Source of the DNA: Clostridia bacterium
GTDB taxonomy: Bacteria > Bacillota > Clostridia > TANB77 > UBA1234
DNA length: 37,856 nt
Assembly (NCBI GenBank): GCA_900753975.1
Contig: CAAEBC010000047.1
Span: 1-37,856, forward strand
Reading direction: 5' to 3'
Both the position numbers and the translations under genes were made by a program. Positions 17,417 to 27,966 of the stretch are shown here, in pieces. The notes beneath the pieces are model-generated. The model saw nothing but the letters and a program-made list of their open reading frames with translations, was not told the DNA's origin and searched no databases. The stretch's first letter is position 1. The number at the start of each line of letters is the position of its first letter.

Positions 17417-20400
17417 ATGCGTAAACCCTTAACATTCCCACAGATGAATATGTATGATACAGAGAAATTTTTTGGCGGAACAAGTATATGTAATGTCGGT
17501 GGATGTATTTTTTTCGGTTATGATGTCGATGTTAGTAAGCTAAGAGATGCGATAAATACACTTGTTGCTAATAGCGACGGAATTAGAATTAAAATAGATA
17601 CTAAAGAGAAAGTGCCAGTACAATATGCTGAAGAATATATAAATCAAGATTTTGAGATGATTAATTTATCTGAAGCAAATTATAATGATATTTTGAAAAA
17701 ATGGATGAGTGAGCCGTTTGATTTGTCAGGCAGATTATATTCTTTTAAGTTAATAAATGTTGATAATAATATAGGTGTGTTTGTAAAACTTCATCACCTT
17801 ATTTGTGATGCTTGGGGAGCCACTTTGATTGCTTCTAAATTGATTGAATATTATAATAAACTTCTTAGTGGTGAAAGTATTTCGGCAAATGATATACCAT
17901 CGTATTTTAAGTATGTTGAAAAAGAAGAGGCATACAAGAATAGTTCAAAATATGAAAGCGATAAAGAGTTTTGGGAGAGTAAATATGAAGTAAAACCTAC
18001 TTTAGTTACGATGTCTCCAAACAAAAAACCTACTTTGGATGTTAAGGCATATAGGAGTTCATTTGTAGTTCCTCTTGATGAAACAGAGGCGATTAGAAAA
18101 TATTGTGCAGATAATCAAATTTCTCCTGCTGTGCTTTTAGAGGCTGTTATAGCACTTTATGCAGCGAGAATAAATAATGCTGATGATGTTACTCTTTGTA
18201 GTTTAGTTATTAACAGAAACGGAATAGAAGAGAAAAAGACAATTGGAATGTTTAATAATATTTTACCTCTTACAATTCCTATTGATTACAATGAGACCTT
18301 TTTAGACTTATGCCAAAAGATTGCAACAGAGCATTACCAAGTTTTTAGACATCAAAAATATCCGCTTTCAAGTATAGTTGATTATGTTAGAGAAAAGCAC
18401 GGTAAAGATGCGGAATTGTACGATATAATGGTTTCATATCAAAACGGGAAAATTGATGGGGCAAATGAAAATAATAGGACAGAATGGATATTTAATGGAA
18501 CGTCCGATTTAGGTTTTATGCTTAATATATCTGAAAGAGATAATGATAATTTATTGAATTTTGATTTTGATTATAGAAGAGATTGCTTTGAAACAGAAGA
18601 AGTTGAGAAGATTTATTATAGACTTATAAATATAGTAAATCAAGTTGTAGTGAATCAAGATATTATATGTAAAAATATTGATATAGTAACGTATTCGGAA
18701 AAAGAACAACTTTTAGTTGATTTTAATAATACTTCAAAAGAATATCCAAGAAACAAGTGCTTGTATGAATTTTTAGAGGAGAATGTTTTGAAAAATCCGA
18801 ATAAGGTCGCATTACGATTTCAAGGAAAAAAGCTTACATATAAAGAGTTTAATGAAAAAGTAAATAGCTTAGCAAATTGCATTGCAAAAAATGTTGAAAA
18901 AAGAAATTCGATTATTGGTGTTATGATGGAACGTTCTTTTGAAATGATGATTGCTATTTATGCTATTATAAAAGCGGGTCATGCATATATGCCGATGGAT
19001 CCTCATTTTCCAAAGGACAGGATAGAATTTATGCTTGAAGATAGTAATGCACCTTTTATACTTACGCAAACAAAATGGAAAAATGAATTTAAAGAAATTG
19101 ATAGATTTGTTGATGTTGAAACTTTTGATTTTGATATGTATAGTAAAGAAAATCCAAATACTGTTACTGTTTCAACAGATACTGCTTATGTAATTTATAC
19201 ATCTGGCTCTACTGGAAAACCCAAAGGGGCAATGATACCTCATCATAGTGCAATAAATAGAATTAAATGGATGCATGAAAAGTATACACTTGAAAAAGGT
19301 GATGTTATTCTACAAAAGACGCCGTACACTTTTGATGTATCTGTTTGGGAGCTTTTTTGGTGGAGTATGTATGACGGATGTTTGCAGATTTTAATTCCAG
19401 AAGGTCATAAAGACCCTGCTGAAATTATTTCTGGTATCGAAGATGGTAAAGTAACTCATATGCATTTTGTACCATCTATGTTAAATGCGTTTTTGGAATA
19501 TGTTGAAGCAAATAGAAATGTTATTCCGAGACTTTCTACTTTGAAATATGTTTTTGCAAGCGGCGAAGCTTTGCAAGTAGAACATGTTAAAAAATTTTAT
19601 GATTTACTTGGAAAAAATGGAACAACACTACATAATTTATACGGACCAACCGAGTGTACTGTCGATGTATCTTATTATGACTGTGATCCGAATAATATTC
19701 CAAGTAGCATTCCAATAGGTAAACCTGTTGATAATACTCAACTTTTAATACTTGATAAAAATCATAAGCTTTTACCAATAGGAGTTGTTGGGGAGTTATA
19801 TATTAGTGGTGTTCTAGTTGGAAAAGGATATTTAAATCGAGAAGAATTAACAAATGAGAAATTTGTTCCAAATATTTATTATAACTATGCTACTATGTAT
19901 AAAACTGGGGATTTAGCAATGTGGCTTCCTGATGGTAATATAGAATATTTAGGAAGAACTGATTTTCAAATAAAAATAAGAGGTCTTAGAGTTGAACTTG
20001 GGGATATAGAAAATGCTATATTGAAATTTGAAAATGTTAAGCAGTGTATAGTGACTGTTTTTGAAAATAATGGTGAGAAAAATCTTTGCGCGTATTATAC
20101 TGCTAGTAAGGAAATTGATGAAAGCTTGCTTAAAGCTGCAATATCTAAGGAATTACCTAATTATATGGTTCCAGAGTATTATATGCGTTTAGAAAAGATT
20201 CCTACAAACGCAAACGGCAAAGCTGACAGGAAAGCATTTCCTGTGCCTAAGATTGTTCAAAAAGAAGTAAAATATGTTGCACCGAAAAATAAACTTGAAG
20301 AAGAAATTCAACTTGCGGTGCAAGACGTTTTGAAAATAGAAAAAATAAGTTGTGACGAAGATTTATTTACTTGCGGACTTACTTCTATAGGAGTTATATC

Positions 20401-21643
20401 AATAATAACGAAATTATCTATATTGGGTCATGAATTGAAAGTTCGAGATTTTTATGAATGTCACACTATTAGTGAGATTACTGAGCTTATTCAAAACGAG
20501 AAAGTTGATATTCATGAATATGATGATGATATTAAAAATTATTCAGATATTTCTGATATAAGAAATCACAGCTTATCTTACAAAAATGGAGATGCTATTC
20601 TTATAACAGGTGCGACAAGCTTTTTGGGAATACATATAATTAGTGAACTAATTAAGAAAACCGATAAAAAGATATATTGCTTAATTCGTAAGATGGATAA
20701 GTTTGAAAGGTTTATAAAAGATTTTACAAACTTAGATATTAATAGTAGAAGGCTTATTCCAGTGTTTGGTGATATAACAAAAGAAAATTTAAATCTTGAT
20801 TTACTTTTGCTAAAAGACATAAAGGACAACGTTTCAGATATCATTCACTGTGCGGCAGATGTTACGTTTTTCTGCCCTTGGGAGAGGTCTAAGGAGATTA
20901 ATTACATAGGTACTTGTAATGTTATAAAATTGGCAAGAGATGCAAAAGCCAAGCTTCACCATATTTCGACTATGAGTGTTTCGGGTGATATTTTGACGAG
21001 ACAAACGAGAGAATATCCAGAATTTACAGAAAAAGATTTATATATAGGGCAATTATATAAGGAAAATGTATACGCACATAGTAAGTATTTAGCCGAAAAA
21101 GAAGTGATAAAGGCGATTAGAAATGATGACCTAAATGCTTCGATATATAGAATTGCGAACTTAACTTGGAGAGCATCAGATGGTAAGTTTCAAGAAAATT
21201 ATTTGACGAATGATTTATACAACTTGACAAATATAATGTTAAAATATAACGAGGTACCATTAGAGCTTATAAATGAAAATATTACTCTAACTCCAGTTGA
21301 TGATTGTGCAAGAGCAATATTTTACTTAATGAAACTGAAAGAAAATAATGTTTATAATTTGTTTAGTCAAAACAGTATGTCAATAGGAAATTATATGAAA
21401 GCTTTAAGTAATGATATAAACCTAATTAATTTGAATGATTTTAATGAACAACTAAAACTTGCAAATGATGACAGTTCGAAATTTGTTGAAATGTATATAA
21501 AAGGAATTTTAACTAATCCAGAAAAATCTGTAGTGCAGATTTGTAACGATGATACAAATAAAACTTTGGAGAAGATTAATTTTAGATGGAGTGAACTAGG
21601 TGACAAATATGTCAGAATGTTTAGATGCATAGGAGGAAAATAG
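17417..21643 (+). CDS. Single-module NRPS, C-A-T-R (condensation, adenylation, thiolation, terminal reductase)
   Basis: C domain HHLICDAWG. A-domain motifs YTSGSTGKPKG, NLYGPTE, GELYISG, YKTGDL, GRTDFQIKIRGLRVELGDIE, NGKADRK. Carrier Ser in GLTSIG. R domain GATSFLG and YAHSK. Confidence 0.85.
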   Translation: MRKPLTFPQMNMYDTEKFFGGTSICNVGGCIFFGYDVDVSKLRDAINTLVANSDGIRIKIDTKEKVPVQYAEEYINQDFEMINLSEANYNDILKKWMSEPFDLSGRLYSFKLINVDNNIGVFVKLHHLICDAWGATLIASKLIEYYNKLLSGESISANDIPSYFKYVEKEEAYKNSSKYESDKEFWESKYEVKPTLVTMSPNKKPTLDVKAYRSSFVVPLDETEAIRKYCADNQISPAVLLEAVIALYAARINNADDVTLCSLVINRNGIEEKKTIGMFNNILPLTIPIDYNETFLDLCQKIATEHYQVFRHQKYPLSSIVDYVREKHGKDAELYDIMVSYQNGKIDGANENNRTEWIFNGTSDLGFMLNISERDNDNLLNFDFDYRRDCFETEEVEKIYYRLINIVNQVVVNQDIICKNIDIVTYSEKEQLLVDFNNTSKEYPRNKCLYEFLEENVLKNPNKVALRFQGKKLTYKEFNEKVNSLANCIAKNVEKRNSIIGVMMERSFEMMIAIYAIIKAGHAYMPMDPHFPKDRIEFMLEDSNAPFILTQTKWKNEFKEIDRFVDVETFDFDMYSKENPNTVTVSTDTAYVIYTSGSTGKPKGAMIPHHSAINRIKWMHEKYTLEKGDVILQKTPYTFDVSVWELFWWSMYDGCLQILIPEGHKDPAEIISGIEDGKVTHMHFVPSMLNAFLEYVEANRNVIPRLSTLKYVFASGEALQVEHVKKFYDLLGKNGTTLHNLYGPTECTVDVSYYDCDPNNIPSSIPIGKPVDNTQLLILDKNHKLLPIGVVGELYISGVLVGKGYLNREELTNEKFVPNIYYNYATMYKTGDLAMWLPDGNIEYLGRTDFQIKIRGLRVELGDIENAILKFENVKQCIVTVFENNGEKNLCAYYTASKEIDESLLKAAISKELPNYMVPEYYMRLEKIPTNANGKADRKAFPVPKIVQKEVKYVAPKNKLEEEIQLAVQDVLKIEKISCDEDLFTCGLTSIGVISIITKLSILGHELKVRDFYECHTISEITELIQNEKVDIHEYDDDIKNYSDISDIRNHSLSYKNGDAILITGATSFLGIHIISELIKKTDKKIYCLIRKMDKFERFIKDFTNLDINSRRLIPVFGDITKENLNLDLLLLKDIKDNVSDIIHCAADVTFFCPWERSKEINYIGTCNVIKLARDAKAKLHHISTMSVSGDILTRQTREYPEFTEKDLYIGQLYKENVYAHSKYLAEKEVIKAIRNDDLNASIYRIANLTWRASDGKFQENYLTNDLYNLTNIMLKYNEVPLELINENITLTPVDDCARAIFYLMKLKENNVYNLFSQNSMSIGNYMKALSNDINLINLNDFNEQLKLANDDSSKFVEMYIKGILTNPEKSVVQICNDDTNKTLEKINFRWSELGDKYVRMFRCIGGK

Positions 21644-21644
21644 T

Positions 21645-23265
21645 ATGAAAAATAGACCCTATCCGTATTACAGTGTTGGAAAATTTTCTACTTTGCTAGA
21701 ATTTGTTGATTATATTAAAAAGAAAAATAATATTAAAGTAGCAGTCAAATATACAAAAGGTAGTCAAAAAATTGAAAAAACGTATAACGAAGTGGCCTCT
21801 GAAATAGAGGCTTTGGCTAAGGAAATTAACTGCTTAAATTTAGTCAATAAGAATATTGCTGTACTTGGAGAAAATTCATACGAGTGGATTTTATCTTATC
21901 TAGCTATTACTGTTTCTAAGAATACAGTAGTACCAATAGATAAGGACTTAGATATAAATGATGTGATGAATATTATTAAGGAAGCAAATGTAGATTTGAT
22001 ATTTTATTCTAACACATATAGTGATTATAGAGAGAGTATAAAAGAAAAAATAAATGATATTAGGCTGATTTCTTTTAATGAACTAAGTAGTTTAGTTGAG
22101 AATGGAATGAAAAGAAATAACAGATTGCCAAAAATAAATTTGAAGGAGAATGCTACTATTATTTTTACTTCTGGTACGACAGGAAAACCAAAAGGTGTGG
22201 TTCTTAGCCATCAAAACTTATGTGAAGATATAAGACGTTCTTCTATGCAATTATTAATAACAGGGGATTCGTTACTAGTTTTGCCATTGCATCACACTTT
22301 TCCTTTAATGGCTAACGTTTTATGTATGTTTAATATTCGGCTATACTATCTGTATACCAAGTAGTTTGAAAAAAATAGATAAACTATTGTTAGATAGTAA
22401 GCCATCTACCCTTTTCTTAGTGCCACTTTTGGTAGAAGCTTTTTATAATAAGATTTGGAAAAATATTTACCAAACTAAAAGAGGTACTTTAGTTAAAACG
22501 ATGATTTTTATTAGTAATATACTTTTAGCATTAGGCATAGATGTAAGAAGAAAAATTTTTAAGAGTGTAATTGATGGCTTTGGAGGAAACCTTAACTTAA
22601 TAGTTTCGGGTGGTGCTGCTCTTGATAAAAAGTACGTAAAAGGCTTTAGAAATTTTGGCATAGATGTTTTAAATGGATATGGGATTACAGAGTGTTCTCC
22701 AATAGTTTCGGTTAATAGAAATAAATATAATCGTGATGGCACTGTTGGAACAGCATTGCAAGGAATTGATATAAAAATAGAACAATATGAAAATTCCAAA
22801 GAAGGGGAAATACTTGTAAAAGGACCTATTGTTATGCAAGGATATTATAAAAATGCTGAACTTACCAAATCGGTTATGTCAGGAAAGTATTTCAGAACAG
22901 GTGATGTTGGTTATCTGGATGATGATGGATTTTTATATATAACAGGAAGAAAGAAAAATGTGATAATTTTAGATAATGGTAAAAACGTGTATCCTGAAGA
23001 ACTTGAAGAAATATTATTAAATTATTCTTTGATTAAGGAAGTTTTGGTTTTTGAAAAAGATAATAAGATAGTTGCTTCTATATATCCAAATGCAGATGAA
23101 ATATCTGATTTTAGTAAAGCACATTCATTGATAGAAAAAATAATTGATGACTTTAATAAAAAGATGCCATATTATAAAAAAATATCAGATTTTGTTATAA
23201 GAAAAAATGAGTTTGAAAAAACAACTACAAAAAAGATAAAAAGGAGTATCGAAAATGTTAGATAG
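21645..23265 (+). CDS. Acyl-AMP/acyl-CoA ligase (AMP-dependent synthetase), needing a +1 frame change at CGG 22338
   Basis: FTSGTTGKPKG, GYGITE, YFRTGD, GRKKNVI. Frame 1 ends ..MFNIRLYYLYTK*. The other frame reads GYTICIPSSLKKIDK. Confidence 0.8.
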
Positions 23266-23485
23266 AGTTATTGAAATAATTAGTGAGTATCAAGGAATAG
23301 ATAAAGAAACAATAAATAAAGATTCAAATTTAGTTACAGACATTGGACTTTCATCTTTTGATGTAACAGAACTTGTTTGCAGAGTTGAAGACGAGTTTGA
23401 AATTCAAATACCAGATAGAATGATACGTTCTTTACAAACGGTTGGGGATATATTCGATTATATATGTGAACAAAAGAAAAACTAA
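23255..23485 (+). CDS. Acyl carrier protein
   Basis: 76 aa with a DIGLSSFD phosphopantetheine-attachment-type Ser. Overlaps the ligase stop. Confidence 0.75.
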   Translation: MLDRVIEIISEYQGIDKETINKDSNLVTDIGLSSFDVTELVCRVEDEFEIQIPDRMIRSLQTVGDIFDYICEQKKN

Positions 23486-23496
23486 GGAGGTTTCTA

Positions 23497-25485
23497 ATGA
23501 TAAAAACTTTTAATAGTAAAGTTCAGTGGAGTGTGCTTATATATAATTTTTTCTTATGTATAATAATAGTTATATTTTATTTTGCAATTCCAATATTACT
23601 TAACTATCCACCTAATTCGATAAATAATGATTTTGAGAGAACTATCGATATGGGAATGAAATATAGGGAACAATATATTGCAATATCAGTACTTGGAATG
23701 TTCTTTTCAAATTTGTTGCTTTTATTACAATTACACAAGATAAAAGATTGGAGCGACTTTGTATCCGGAAAAAATACAGATGAAAAAAGACTAAAAAAGA
23801 TTAAAAGAAATTGTTTTGAGACACCTAGCAAGTTGTACGTAATACATGTGTTTATACCGACTTTAACGGTATATGCTGGACTAATAGTTACTGGTGCTGG
23901 AAATATATTGGCATTAAAAATAACTATTTGTATGTTTGCAATTTTTATGGTACTTGGCTTATTGATGTATGTACTATCAAAAAATATTTTTAATTATGTA
24001 TTGAGTAATTTGAAAAATGATGAAAAATTTAGAACTACATTTAAAATCAGTACTTATAAAGAAAGAATACTATTGCAAATATTACCTTTAATAATTTTAA
24101 CGGGAGCGTTCGTATATTTATCGGCGACGTCGTCATTTATTACAGAGAAATCAGAATTGATTTTTGATAAATATAGAGCTCGCATAGTTGCTTCGAATAT
24201 TAAAACATCTAGTACGTTGGAAGAATTAAAAGACAGATTAAACAAAATAGAAAAAATAGATTCAGGCGATACATTATTTATTGTTTTAAAAGATAAAGTT
24301 ATTTACGAAGACACAAAAGAAGAATTATCGGACTTTTTTAAGAAATACATATATGGAGTAGAAAATAATGGTCATACCTATGGATACTATGCTAATGAAA
24401 TTCAAGGCGCATATGCTTTTGTAACTATAGATGGTCAGAAATATGCTGCTGGAATAATGTATAAGGTTAATCCTCTTAATAGTTATATTTCAGTAATAGT
24501 AGCATTTTTAAGTTTATTCTTCTTCGTTGGAGCATTTTTACTATTTTTTGCAAACGATTTCACAAAGCCTTTAAATACTATTTCTGGATATATGAAACGT
24601 TTATCAAGTAAAGATGTCGTTGACTACGATAACAAACTTCCTGTCGTATCAAACGACGAGATTGGTGATCTTACAATTAACTTTAATAAAATACTCGACT
24701 TAGAGAAACAATATGTAGAAACAATAAAACAAAACCAAGATATTCTTGTAGAAAATGAACGTCTATCATCACTTGGGCAACTAATTGGCGGTATAGCTCA
24801 CAACTTAAAGACACCTATAATGTCTGTTTCAGGATACCTAGTTGCAATTGAAAAATTGGCGGATGAATATAGGGACTCGATAGGCAATCCTATGGTTACA
24901 AAACAAGACTATGAAGATATAACAAAAGAAATGAAAGAATGGATAGACAAATCAAAAGATTACATGACATATATGACTGAAGTTATTAATGCTGCAAAAG
25001 GTCAAGCTGTTTCTATGAATGCAAATACTATCGGAAGTTTTTCTATGAAAGAGCTTATAATTAGAACTCAAATTCTTATGAAAGAAGAACTGAAAAAATA
25101 TAATTGTAATTTAAATGTAACGCTTAATATTAATGAAAAAACAGAAGTTAAAGGCGAACTTAGTGCAATAGTACAAGTTTTAGACAACTTGATTTCTAAT
25201 GCTATGCAGGCTTATGGTAATAAAGAGGGAGAAATCAATATGACTGCAAATGAGGATGCTGAAAAGGTTTATATTGAGATTCAAGACTTTGCTGGTGGAA
25301 TACCAGAGCATATTAAAGATAAACTATTTAAAGAAATGATTACAACAAAAGGCAAGGATGGAACAGGACTTGGTCTATATATGTGTTATTCAACTATCAA
25401 AGGAAAGTTTAATGGAGATATAAGATTTGAAAGTGAAACAGGTGTTGGTACAACATTTTATATTACGTTAAATAAAGTTTTGTAA
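23497..25485 (+). CDS. Multi-pass membrane sensor histidine kinase (no adjacent response regulator)
   Basis: Several N-terminal TM segments. H-box GGIAHNLKTP. N and G boxes DNLISNAMQA and GTGLGLYM. Confidence 0.8.
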   Translation: MIKTFNSKVQWSVLIYNFFLCIIIVIFYFAIPILLNYPPNSINNDFERTIDMGMKYREQYIAISVLGMFFSNLLLLLQLHKIKDWSDFVSGKNTDEKRLKKIKRNCFETPSKLYVIHVFIPTLTVYAGLIVTGAGNILALKITICMFAIFMVLGLLMYVLSKNIFNYVLSNLKNDEKFRTTFKISTYKERILLQILPLIILTGAFVYLSATSSFITEKSELIFDKYRARIVASNIKTSSTLEELKDRLNKIEKIDSGDTLFIVLKDKVIYEDTKEELSDFFKKYIYGVENNGHTYGYYANEIQGAYAFVTIDGQKYAAGIMYKVNPLNSYISVIVAFLSLFFFVGAFLLFFANDFTKPLNTISGYMKRLSSKDVVDYDNKLPVVSNDEIGDLTINFNKILDLEKQYVETIKQNQDILVENERLSSLGQLIGGIAHNLKTPIMSVSGYLVAIEKLADEYRDSIGNPMVTKQDYEDITKEMKEWIDKSKDYMTYMTEVINAAKGQAVSMNANTIGSFSMKELIIRTQILMKEELKKYNCNLNVTLNINEKTEVKGELSAIVQVLDNLISNAMQAYGNKEGEINMTANEDAEKVYIEIQDFAGGIPEHIKDKLFKEMITTKGKDGTGLGLYMCYSTIKGKFNGDIRFESETGVGTTFYITLNKVL

Positions 25486-25588
25486 TATATTTAATTAAGT
25501 TATTGCTGGCTTGATTTAGTTTGTAGATTATTACTTGAAATTTTAAATCAAGCCAATACTAGCTTAATTAAAAGCAAAAAAGGAGTAT

Positions 25589-26960
25589 ATGATGCAAAAG
25601 AAAAAATTTAAAATTGGTGCTACTCAAATAATAGCACTAGGATTTTTGATTACGATTATTATAGGAACAATTCTACTAAAATTACCAATATCTCATTATG
25701 GAGATTTGAAAATATCTGATGCAATTTTTGTAGCAACTTCTGCAACGTGTGTTACAGGTTTTTCAACTGTTACTTTAGTAGATACTTTTACTATTTTTGG
25801 TCAAGTTGTGATTATGCTACTTGTTCAAATTGGTGGACTTCGGATTCATGCTAATTATCGCGCTTATGCTTATGATACTTGGCAAAAAAATAACACTCAG
25901 AGATAGGCTTATTTTAGGTCAATCTTTAAATCATAATAGTCTAGGTGGACTTGTAAAACTTACAAGAAAGATTTTAAAATATACTTTTATTTTTGAAATT
26001 ATTGGTGCTCTACTTATGGCGAGTGTTTATGTACCAGAGTATGGGTTTAAGCTAGGATTATTTAAATCTTTATTCCAGTCGATTTCAGCTTTTTGTAATG
26101 CAGGTTTTGATTTGTTGGGAAGTAATAGTTTAATACCGTATGCTACAAATAAGGTTATCAATATAACTTGTATGACTCTTACCATTTTAGGTGGACTTGG
26201 TTTCCTTGTTTGGGATGATATCGGAAATACATTTGTAGAGTGCGTAAAGAAAAAGAGAAATATATTTATGGCATTTTCAAAGTTTAAATTACATACAAAG
26301 TTAGTTTTGATTTTGCAACTACTTTTGATTGTTGTAGGAGCTCTTGGGTTTATGTGCTTTGAGGCTTCAAATCCTTTGACGATAGCTAACTACTCTTTTG
26401 GAGATAAACTACTTGTTTCAACTTTCCAATCAGTGTCAGCAAGAACAGCTGGATTTATGACGGTAGATTTATCTAACATTAATCCTATAACTAAAATAAT
26501 TATGATTATTTTGATGTTTATAGGTGCTGCGCCAGGAGGTGTCGCAGGTGGCATAAAAACGACTACTTTAATAGTTCTTATACTTGGTATAATAGCTAAT
26601 GTAAAATCAAAAAAAAATATCTGTATATTTAAAAGGACCATTTCAAAGGGCACATTTGCAAAAGCAGTAACTGTCATAACAATATCATTGTTTTTAGTTA
26701 TTATTGCAAATATGATTTTAATTACTAATTCAAATATTGATTCTTTAGATTTATTATTTGAAACGACATCCGCTTTTTCTACTGTTGGTTTGACTTGCGG
26801 AGCTCTTAGCGAGATGAATAGTTTTTGTAGAAGTATTATTGTGTTACTTATGTACGTTGGAAGAATTGGTACAATGACGATGGCTGTTACTTTTGTTATG
26901 AAAAAGCCTAAAGAAAACGATTTGGTAGTATATGCAAAAGAGGATGTTATTGTTGGTTAA
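25589..26960 (+). CDS. ktrB: K+ uptake membrane subunit KtrB/TrkH family, needing a +1 frame change at CGG 25841
   Basis: CVTGFSTV and QIGGL then (C)GFMLIIAL. Frame 1 ends ..GGLRIHANYRAYAYDTWQKNNTQR*. The downstream frame is continuous to 26960. Confidence 0.85.
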
Positions 26961-26983
26961 TTTTTATAAAAAGGAGTTTACTT

Positions 26984-27655
26984 ATGAAAAAAGAAAGAGA
27001 ACAAATTTTAATAATTGGTCTTGGAAAGTTTGGTATGAGTGTTGCGAAAACATTATCTGAATATGATTGTGACATAATGGCGATAGACGAATCTGCAGAA
27101 CTTGTAGATAAGGTTTCAGAGTTCGTTACTCATGCTGCAAGAGTTGATGCAGGAGATATAGACTCTTTAAGAGAACTTGGAGTTACTAATTTTGATACCG
27201 CCATTATCGGAGTTGGAGATGATTTGGAAGCAAGTATTATGATAGCACTTACTCTTAAAGAATTAGAAATGCCATATATAATTGCAAAAGCTAGAGATGA
27301 TATGCATGCAAAGCTTTTAAATATGATTGGGGTAGATAAAGTTGTTCAGCCCGAAAGAGATATGGGAAGTAGGGTCGCTAAAACTTTAATGCATAAAAAT
27401 GTTGTTGAAAGAATGGAAGTTGGAAAAGAGTATAGCATAGTTGAAATAGAGACTCCAAATGAGTGGATTGGCTCTAAACTTAATCAACTTAACATTAGAC
27501 CAAAATATAATATTAACGTTTTATGTATTGAAAAAGCTGATAAACGTATAATAATGCCTACAGCTGACTACATTATAGAGAAAGAAGATAATCTAATGAT
27601 AATCGCGCCTAACAGCGAGATTGAACCAGACGGATTTTTAGGAAGACTTAGATAA
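26984..27655 (+). CDS. ktrA: K+ uptake regulatory subunit KtrA/TrkA (RCK N and C domains)
   Basis: IIGLGKFG Rossmann motif, 223 aa, directly downstream of ktrB. Confidence 0.85.
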   Translation: MKKEREQILIIGLGKFGMSVAKTLSEYDCDIMAIDESAELVDKVSEFVTHAARVDAGDIDSLRELGVTNFDTAIIGVGDDLEASIMIALTLKELEMPYIIAKARDDMHAKLLNMIGVDKVVQPERDMGSRVAKTLMHKNVVERMEVGKEYSIVEIETPNEWIGSKLNQLNIRPKYNINVLCIEKADKRIIMPTADYIIEKEDNLMIIAPNSEIEPDGFLGRLR

Positions 27656-27683
27656 AATTATTTTAAGAATTTAATTTGTATAC

Positions 27684-27712
27684 TTGATAATCTAAAAGAC
27701 ATGCGATATAAT
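27684..27712 (+). promoter_or_regulatory. Promoter of the toxin-like micropeptide mRNA
   Basis: TTGATA, 17 nt, TATAAT. Confidence 0.55.
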
Positions 27713-27789
27713 GTTCGCATGATAAAGGGATAGCATTAAGCGGTTAGCCTCCAATTTAACATTTTAATGTTCGAGAGGAGGTGATGTGT

Positions 27790-27891
27790 ATGTTAGAAAA
27801 AGATTACATATCTGATGTAATTTTGTATATTCTTGTACTCATCCTCTTGAGAGTTATAAGGAAACTTATACTTAAAAGACGAAAAAAATAA
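27790..27891 (+). CDS. 33-aa hydrophobic/basic micropeptide, candidate type I toxin
   Basis: GAGGAGG RBS 8 nt upstream. Sequence MLEKDYISDVILYILVLILLRVIRKLILKRRKK. The SD can pair with CCTCC at 27748-27752. Long-range 5'-3' pairing of the transcript. Confidence 0.5.
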   Translation: MLEKDYISDVILYILVLILLRVIRKLILKRRKK

Positions 27892-27966
27892 TCGCCCAAT
27901 GCTTGGCAGAGCTTGGCGATTAAGTTAATACATTCGGCTAACCGCTCATTGCGGATTCCTTTATCT
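27882..27966 (-). ncRNA. Candidate antisense sRNA (type I antitoxin-like), convergent with 27790-27891
   Basis: Minus-strand promoter TTGACT (28001-27996), 17 nt, TAAAAT (27978-27973). Terminator hairpin 27921-27890 followed by a U-run. Overlaps the 3' end of the micropeptide ORF. Confidence 0.45.

Noticed and set aside
25486-25588. c-di-AMP (ydaO-type) riboswitch upstream of ktrB
   Set aside because: There is only about 100 nt with one long-loop hairpin (GGCTTGATTTA / TAAATCAAGCC). I could not find the conserved ACGGGG / CCGA-type cores.
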